A stretch of DNA of 64,000 bases. Source: a virus. The DNA is taken from IMG/VR virus record IMGVR_UViG_3300025120_014745, positions 3,612-67,611 of that record, one strand, 5' to 3'. Made by a program: the position numbers and the translations under genes. Positions within the stretch are counted from its first letter, which is position 1; the number at the start of each line of letters is the position of its first letter. The notes under the pieces are model-generated. The model worked only from the letters and a program-made list of their open reading frames with translations, had not been told where the DNA came from and did not search any database. This document shows positions 59,701 to 64,000 of this stretch, piece by piece.

Positions 59701-61381
59701 CATTGACATGCAAGTAAAGACAGTAGATAAAAATTTCAAGATATACTATAATCTCGATCAGCTTAAGGGCATAGTAGACGGTTTGTTAGAAGGTGCTGGA
59801 AAAAGCTTAAAGTATAGTAGTAACGCAGGTACTTCTGAGTACGATGACGCTAGACAAGAAGGTAAAGGCAGCGCTGCTTCTCTTTTTCAGATTATTAGAA
59901 CACATCAACAATTCATAACTGACAGGGCTTCCGGCTTTGCAGCGCATGCTAATAGTTTAAAAGAATCTACGGTAAATGTAAATAATGTACTTGAAGGTCG
60001 TACGTTCCAAGGTGTTGAAGTTGCTGAAAAATCACTAGCAATTAATGTGTTAAAAGATGTTGGAGTTTTTAATACGGCAATTACGCTCAATAATAAGACA
60101 ACTGTTGCACAGTTTGCTAGTCTTAAAAAGCGCGTTTTTGATGTAACACCGGGTAATTTATTTCCAACAAGTATAAAATACAATTTAAATAAAAATAAGT
60201 TAATGTTTAAGGTTTTAACAGAACCCGGTTACGGTTTCTTGACTAGCGAAAAGTTTGGAAGAAAGTCAATATTAAACGTCGGGATCCCTAGTTCAATGGT
60301 GTCTTCTCTACAAAAAATTGCTTACGATAAGACAGGTGACTCTAAATTTTTAAATTCACCCTATGTTTGCGTGTCAATTTTCAAGAAAGATCACTTAAAC
60401 CCAACTTTTGATTTCTTGCCTAGAAATTTTATTTTTGATACTAGCGCTAACATATTAGACTATGAAAACCCAGATAAACTAGCCAATCATTTAAAAGAAT
60501 ATCATAATGGTAAAAGTTTTAATCAGATACTTAAGTCAATGCATGTTTTTAGACATCTTATTACTGACTCAGGCGAGCTAAGCACAGATAAAAAAATAGG
60601 GTACCCAGCAGGAATATTCAATAAACAAGTAATGACTAATCACGTACATGATTATTGTTTAAAAGAATATATGAAATTAGTCTTAGGTATAGACGTGAAT
60701 GAAGAAAGTTTTTTGCTGACAGATCTTCTGGATTTTACAAAAATACAGTCGACATCCTTTACGGGTGGAGTAAATGGCAACGATCTAGTTGAAAATTTCA
60801 AACAAATGCTAGCTCAAATAGAACTCTTATATCCAAAAGTCCAGTCAGATGAACATTTAAAGAGTGAGGTTTTTAGATTATCAAAAATGTTAAAACAATC
60901 AGCGCCTTACTCTTTTGTTAACCGTTTTAAAAAAGTTGTATCACCAAAATCATTTGATCGTGTTTATTCTATTTTTATTAATGAGAATGATTTCTTGATC
61001 GATCTAGATCCAGAAAACACAATCGACGACCTGTCCAATGCATATGAAGGTATTTTTGACCAACCAGTAAATGTAAATGTAACGTCAAAGATATCACGCC
61101 CAAGTAACATTAACTTAAACTCAGGACAAATTTCTAACATCCTAGGTGCTGAAAACTATGCTGAAGCTATTGTTGACATAGCTAACTACGCACTTTCGGC
61201 AGAAGCCAACGTTCCTGGTGTCTTTCAATACAAGGCTCAAGTTTCTTTGTTACCTTTAAATTTCCAAATTGATGGGGATACTGCAACTAATAAGATGGCT
61301 CCGTCAGTAGCTACTGTAACTACTGATGTCGTAAAAGCTGTAAAACAAAAAACTACACCGCGAGTCAAATTTACTTTATAG
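56765..61381 (+). CDS. Very large hypothetical protein (1538 aa), probably virion-associated
   Basis: Long ORF with RBS in the structural operon. No recognised domain. Confidence 0.75.
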   Translation: MPQNPTTKNLSLYTTPAPSQKLASVGKVLAAMRATQAQTGNTEGSQAAEIAFTNPDTSARYTVLAAKGLNNLRSELIAVCEFLPIGTGDISEDSAQLQFTLGDNNSISVNNIARIIELHRQIRSYILDAADQILTRVYPDLNEKVFLETLQAHIKSEFNRLSSSTIDQTVENIFEDILAQAPASLSNVIQNNQSNPFLLALIEYYVYDNVLESVFIYLSTAATVDETLAGFWGVDKYSTIKRFNENTAINNTNLINLYANLSNEYSDHSKNSLGGKALYGFTPSSTSSNTDSFCNAIAALASAMSFQDSSSVLRTLNSLPLSDSSLEKGKVKFGAVSDLASAISRLKNVNFAGMFAGLPEGVAQDETNTSPNITYNSEYSLSTDTFESVFKGQKTSRGNGVNERYAGAELLTTVLYDMFTYDVCNMNNRSSNEIPVNVGDIMPDAGDFDMSSLEKFAGFTGGISNSIGGDQSQGPVANFDEGSDREEQVSSEIAEQTPRGLLYFDFIRQILGIPDDAFKHPQQKIVTGPHTFERVNIPEASSITNNNKGFGAFGTTVAGLRKQITEAGNFSQQTQGFYAPLESSTAELSSDNTSNASTVNFPPATKYLVLDEIVRSSASDGNTIDFEELKIFTEGYKNQSNKLIECVNTLYPHEEVVEAINNVNMPQLLSPMGVNSPVSAAEKLIERLVVDLEKIILSPTGESNFNYIPLLAVFTRDTNNSGARDMCLQVFWDQVLFNNPVSVDRHYTSVQFDDISTYNGPAQNFARLSLYHSENQFRNYLKYNCGLTSYTQGKNDSFYWGGKDLPIYLASDSQLFSNDDIKDKIKNRKTTSKRGKKLRSEAPGFESISFEGKRIDNAFEVSFGNEDGMDGLQEGKGSSKSFGGGVTGFSKLFSNYFSYLFQGYLGPVGMTIGDNSNGYAAATSKFAANAKISNQLFAVNSNDSLENNRFGNAAGIIDYGAHHRIIVGFRWLYDMINRVIDMQVKTVDKNFKIYYNLDQLKGIVDGLLEGAGKSLKYSSNAGTSEYDDARQEGKGSAASLFQIIRTHQQFITDRASGFAAHANSLKESTVNVNNVLEGRTFQGVEVAEKSLAINVLKDVGVFNTAITLNNKTTVAQFASLKKRVFDVTPGNLFPTSIKYNLNKNKLMFKVLTEPGYGFLTSEKFGRKSILNVGIPSSMVSSLQKIAYDKTGDSKFLNSPYVCVSIFKKDHLNPTFDFLPRNFIFDTSANILDYENPDKLANHLKEYHNGKSFNQILKSMHVFRHLITDSGELSTDKKIGYPAGIFNKQVMTNHVHDYCLKEYMKLVLGIDVNEESFLLTDLLDFTKIQSTSFTGGVNGNDLVENFKQMLAQIELLYPKVQSDEHLKSEVFRLSKMLKQSAPYSFVNRFKKVVSPKSFDRVYSIFINENDFLIDLDPENTIDDLSNAYEGIFDQPVNVNVTSKISRPSNINLNSGQISNILGAENYAEAIVDIANYALSAEANVPGVFQYKAQVSLLPLNFQIDGDTATNKMAPSVATVTTDVVKAVKQKTTPRVKFTL

Positions 61382-61391
61382 GAGTTTAAAC

Positions 61392-63476
61392 ATGCCAACA
61401 GAAGAAATATACAATTCTAATAGTGAACCACCTGAGCAGGAAAATGAAACGATTGCTATTACAAAAATTGGCAAAACTTTAAAATTAGCTGGTGTGTCTA
61501 ATACTCTTTTAGAGCAAGCTCCTGCACCATCGCGCCCTGTTAACAAAATCAATATACCTGAAGTGACAAACACTAAGGCTAAATTTATTTATAACTATTT
61601 TACGCGTGATGAGCGTGTAAGGGAAGATTCAGTTGACGTCAATGAAAGAATAATTGTATTAGACGCATCAAATACAGAAGAGATATTTCATAGAACAAAA
61701 AATAAAAAAATTGCGCGATTCGTCAGGATTGAATTTAGACCGCCAAAAATTCCAATTTTGTTTAACAATAAAATTAATCTTACTGCAACAGAGTTTGATC
61801 TTTCAAATGATTTGAATTCAATAATCGTAGAAGGTGCAAATTCAGATAAAGTTTTTTCTGGGGTCGAGTTTATAGACACGGGTAAAGAAAACATTGTTTA
61901 TAATATGTTAAATGGCGCAATCTTTTTCAAGGACATCCCTACTGAGCAAAATTCTAACAGAGAAGCAGCCTCAAAATTATTTTCAACCTTAGAAGAAAAG
62001 GGAGGTTTGAAAGGTCAAGATAAAAAGCTTTTGTTTGAAAATTTTAGAAATTTTACACCATCTGCAGGACCTGGTGCGCAACAGTATGCTTTATCTCCTT
62101 CTGATGTACCTGACGAAGTAGCAAGGTTTGCAAATGACCCAATTAGTAAACAAACAGTGTCAATTCAATTCAACAACCTGTTCATGTCTGAGATCATAAC
62201 GAGCGCAACAGCAATATCTGATACAGTATTCCAAGATGAAATGAGGTCTTTAGAAACACCAGCAAAATCAATAACCCAAAAACTTTTAGCTGAAATGCCA
62301 CCAGTAAATACTTTAAGACAATTAGACTATGAATTAGAAGTTAAAGCAGTCAAACTAACAGAGCTTGATACAAGAGGTATGACAGATAGCAAGAAAGATT
62401 TATTATTCAGCAAATACCCAGAAATTAATTTTGCAGGTTATTTAATTGAAAAATTTGAAGTACTACCTGACGAAACAATTGAATATTTAGGAAGAAGATA
62501 CATTAAGGATCATGATACAAATTATGCAATTGATACGGAAGTTAGGTATGGTGGCGTTTATACTTACAAGATTCGAACAGTTTGTCAAGTTAAGGTAGTT
62601 GTGCATACAATAACAGACAACCCAGCCTGTTCACAATCTGTTTTGGCAACTTGTTTTATGGCATCAGAAGGAGAAACTTTCAGTGTTAATTGTGTTGAAA
62701 GAATTCCTCCACCTCCACCTAGTAATCTACGTGTCACTTTTGATTTCGAAACTTTATTACCACGTATTACGTGGCAATTCCCTGTGAATAAACAGCGTGA
62801 CATAAAACGTTTTCAGATATTCAAGAGATTATCAGTAAAAGAACCTTTTGTGTTGCTACAAGAATACAATTTTGATAATTCAATAATAAAGAGTACAGTC
62901 GCTGAGATAGCAGAGGGCGATAAAATTGTCAATATGGCACGCCCAAGAACATACTGTATCGATACAACACATAAAGAGGGTGAAAAACCGATTTACGCAA
63001 TCGCTTGTGTCGACGCACACGCACTAAGCTCAAATTATAGCCCACAGGTAATGGTTGAAAGAGATAGATACACAAATAAAGTAAAACAAACTGTGATAAG
63101 CAGGGCAAACGCGCCAAAGCCGTATCCAAATTTATATTTAAACGTTGACACATTCCAGGATGCAATTAAGGCAAGCAAGTATGATAGAATTAAAATTATA
63201 TTTGATCCTGAATATTATAGGGTGATGAGAAACGAAACTCTCACAAAGAACAATGATCAAACTATAGTAGAACGGGATACAAACTTGCTAGCAATTGATA
63301 ATAAAAATTTTAGATATAAATTTCATATTATAAACGTAGATAATCAACTTGATCAAATTGTCAGGGTTAAACTCTTCAACTTTACGTCCCCGAGTGGCGT
63401 TGGTGAAGATGTATTTGAAGTGCCAGTCACAGCTTTGTCATCAGAAAATTTAAGTTTCCAGTACGGAATTGAATAA
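61392..63476 (+). CDS. Virion protein with FN3-like domains
   Basis: GYLIEK..D.EVRYG..YTYKIR, PPPPPSNLRV...ITWQ...FQIFKR and YAIACVD...SNYS. Confidence 0.7.
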   Translation: MPTEEIYNSNSEPPEQENETIAITKIGKTLKLAGVSNTLLEQAPAPSRPVNKINIPEVTNTKAKFIYNYFTRDERVREDSVDVNERIIVLDASNTEEIFHRTKNKKIARFVRIEFRPPKIPILFNNKINLTATEFDLSNDLNSIIVEGANSDKVFSGVEFIDTGKENIVYNMLNGAIFFKDIPTEQNSNREAASKLFSTLEEKGGLKGQDKKLLFENFRNFTPSAGPGAQQYALSPSDVPDEVARFANDPISKQTVSIQFNNLFMSEIITSATAISDTVFQDEMRSLETPAKSITQKLLAEMPPVNTLRQLDYELEVKAVKLTELDTRGMTDSKKDLLFSKYPEINFAGYLIEKFEVLPDETIEYLGRRYIKDHDTNYAIDTEVRYGGVYTYKIRTVCQVKVVVHTITDNPACSQSVLATCFMASEGETFSVNCVERIPPPPPSNLRVTFDFETLLPRITWQFPVNKQRDIKRFQIFKRLSVKEPFVLLQEYNFDNSIIKSTVAEIAEGDKIVNMARPRTYCIDTTHKEGEKPIYAIACVDAHALSSNYSPQVMVERDRYTNKVKQTVISRANAPKPYPNLYLNVDTFQDAIKASKYDRIKIIFDPEYYRVMRNETLTKNNDQTIVERDTNLLAIDNKNFRYKFHIINVDNQLDQIVRVKLFNFTSPSGVGEDVFEVPVTALSSENLSFQYGIE

Positions 63477-63535
63477 AAAATTTACTAGTAAACTTAGAAT
63501 GGGTATATTTAATATAAAAATAAGTGGAGATATAA

Positions 63536-64000
63536 ATGGGTTTCTTAGATCATAGCACGAATAATATTATCGTTGATGCTGTATTAACAGACGCTGGCAG
63601 GCGAGCACTAGCTCGAAATGACGGTTCGTTTCAAGTATTCCAGTTTGGATTAGGTGACGACGAAGTTGATTATGAAGTAATCAAACATTACGGTCGGACT
63701 GTCGGTAAGGAGAAGGTTGAAAAGAACACTCCTGTTCTTGAAGCTTTAACGGCGGGTAGTTTGGCTTTAAAGCACAAGCTGGTTAGCGTTGACAATGAAT
63801 TTGTAACACATTTTCCATCGTACACAATCACAGCAAACGGAACATCAACAGCAAATACATCAGTTTCTTTTGTCAGGAACAGCTCAGAAAACAATGAAAA
63901 AAGAAAGCGGATCAATGTTGCAGTGCAACCTTTCGCTGGTGCACCTGAAGTAGACGTTCAACTTATTGACAGTGCATTTCGTGTCGAAATGAATCATTTG
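63536..64000 (+). CDS. Conserved virion structural protein (3' truncated; missing from the ORF track)
   Basis: ATG at 63536 after GGAG. Translates MGFLDHSTNNIIVDAVLTDAGRRALARNDGSFQVFQFGLGDDEVDY... and stays open to the window end. Confidence 0.8.
   Translation, partial: MGFLDHSTNNIIVDAVLTDAGRRALARNDGSFQVFQFGLGDDEVDYEVIKHYGRTVGKEKVEKNTPVLEALTAGSLALKHKLVSVDNEFVTHFPSYTITANGTSTANTSVSFVRNSSENNEKRKRINVAVQPFAGAPEVDVQLIDSAFRVEMNHL

Larger units (their letters stand above)
1..64000. mobile_element. Fragment of a large (jumbo-type) myovirus genome
   Basis: Contains gp25-like and gp6/J-like baseplate genes, a gp55-like sigma factor, PhoH, a Cas4-like nuclease, a tail fibre and very large orphan virion proteins. 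Genes are dense and unidirectional. No ribosomal or core housekeeping operons are present. Confidence 0.9.

Noticed and set aside
3504-63915. Numerous short minus-strand and nested ORFs in the ORF track
   Set aside because: They are antisense shadows of long + strand genes with no recognisable motifs. Only 4018..4269 has a real domain signature.

Overview
This is an AT-rich, gene-dense fragment of a large (jumbo-type) myovirus genome, read in standard genetic code 11. All credible genes but one lie on the + strand. It has five modules. (1) 1-5.7 kb, host-takeover genes: PrkA/YeaG AAA+ kinase, a degenerate GroEL-like protein, an Hc1 histone-like protein, a stand-alone sigma70 region-4 protein and PIN-PhoH. 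(2) 5.7-9.4 kb, a repeat-containing tail fibre module. (3) 9.4-36.8 kb, a ~27 kb glycan island: about ten glycosyltransferase-like genes, a split ADP-heptose pathway with a GT9, Glf, Ugd, an epimerase, two radical SAM enzymes (one B12-dependent), a 2OG dioxygenase, a methyltransferase, a kinase, a NeuA-like/DegT/AroB-like cyclase/SIS cassette, and AhcY. (4) A gp55-like late sigma factor. (5) 38-64 kb, baseplate and other virion genes. Two candidate novel systems stand out. The first is phage-encoded virion O-glycosylation: a subset of fibre and baseplate proteins is strongly enriched in an S/T-G-S tripeptide that is absent from neighbouring structural proteins. The second is an aminocyclitol (carbasugar) building-block pathway inside the island. 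All assignments come from motif recognition by eye; no database searches were run.
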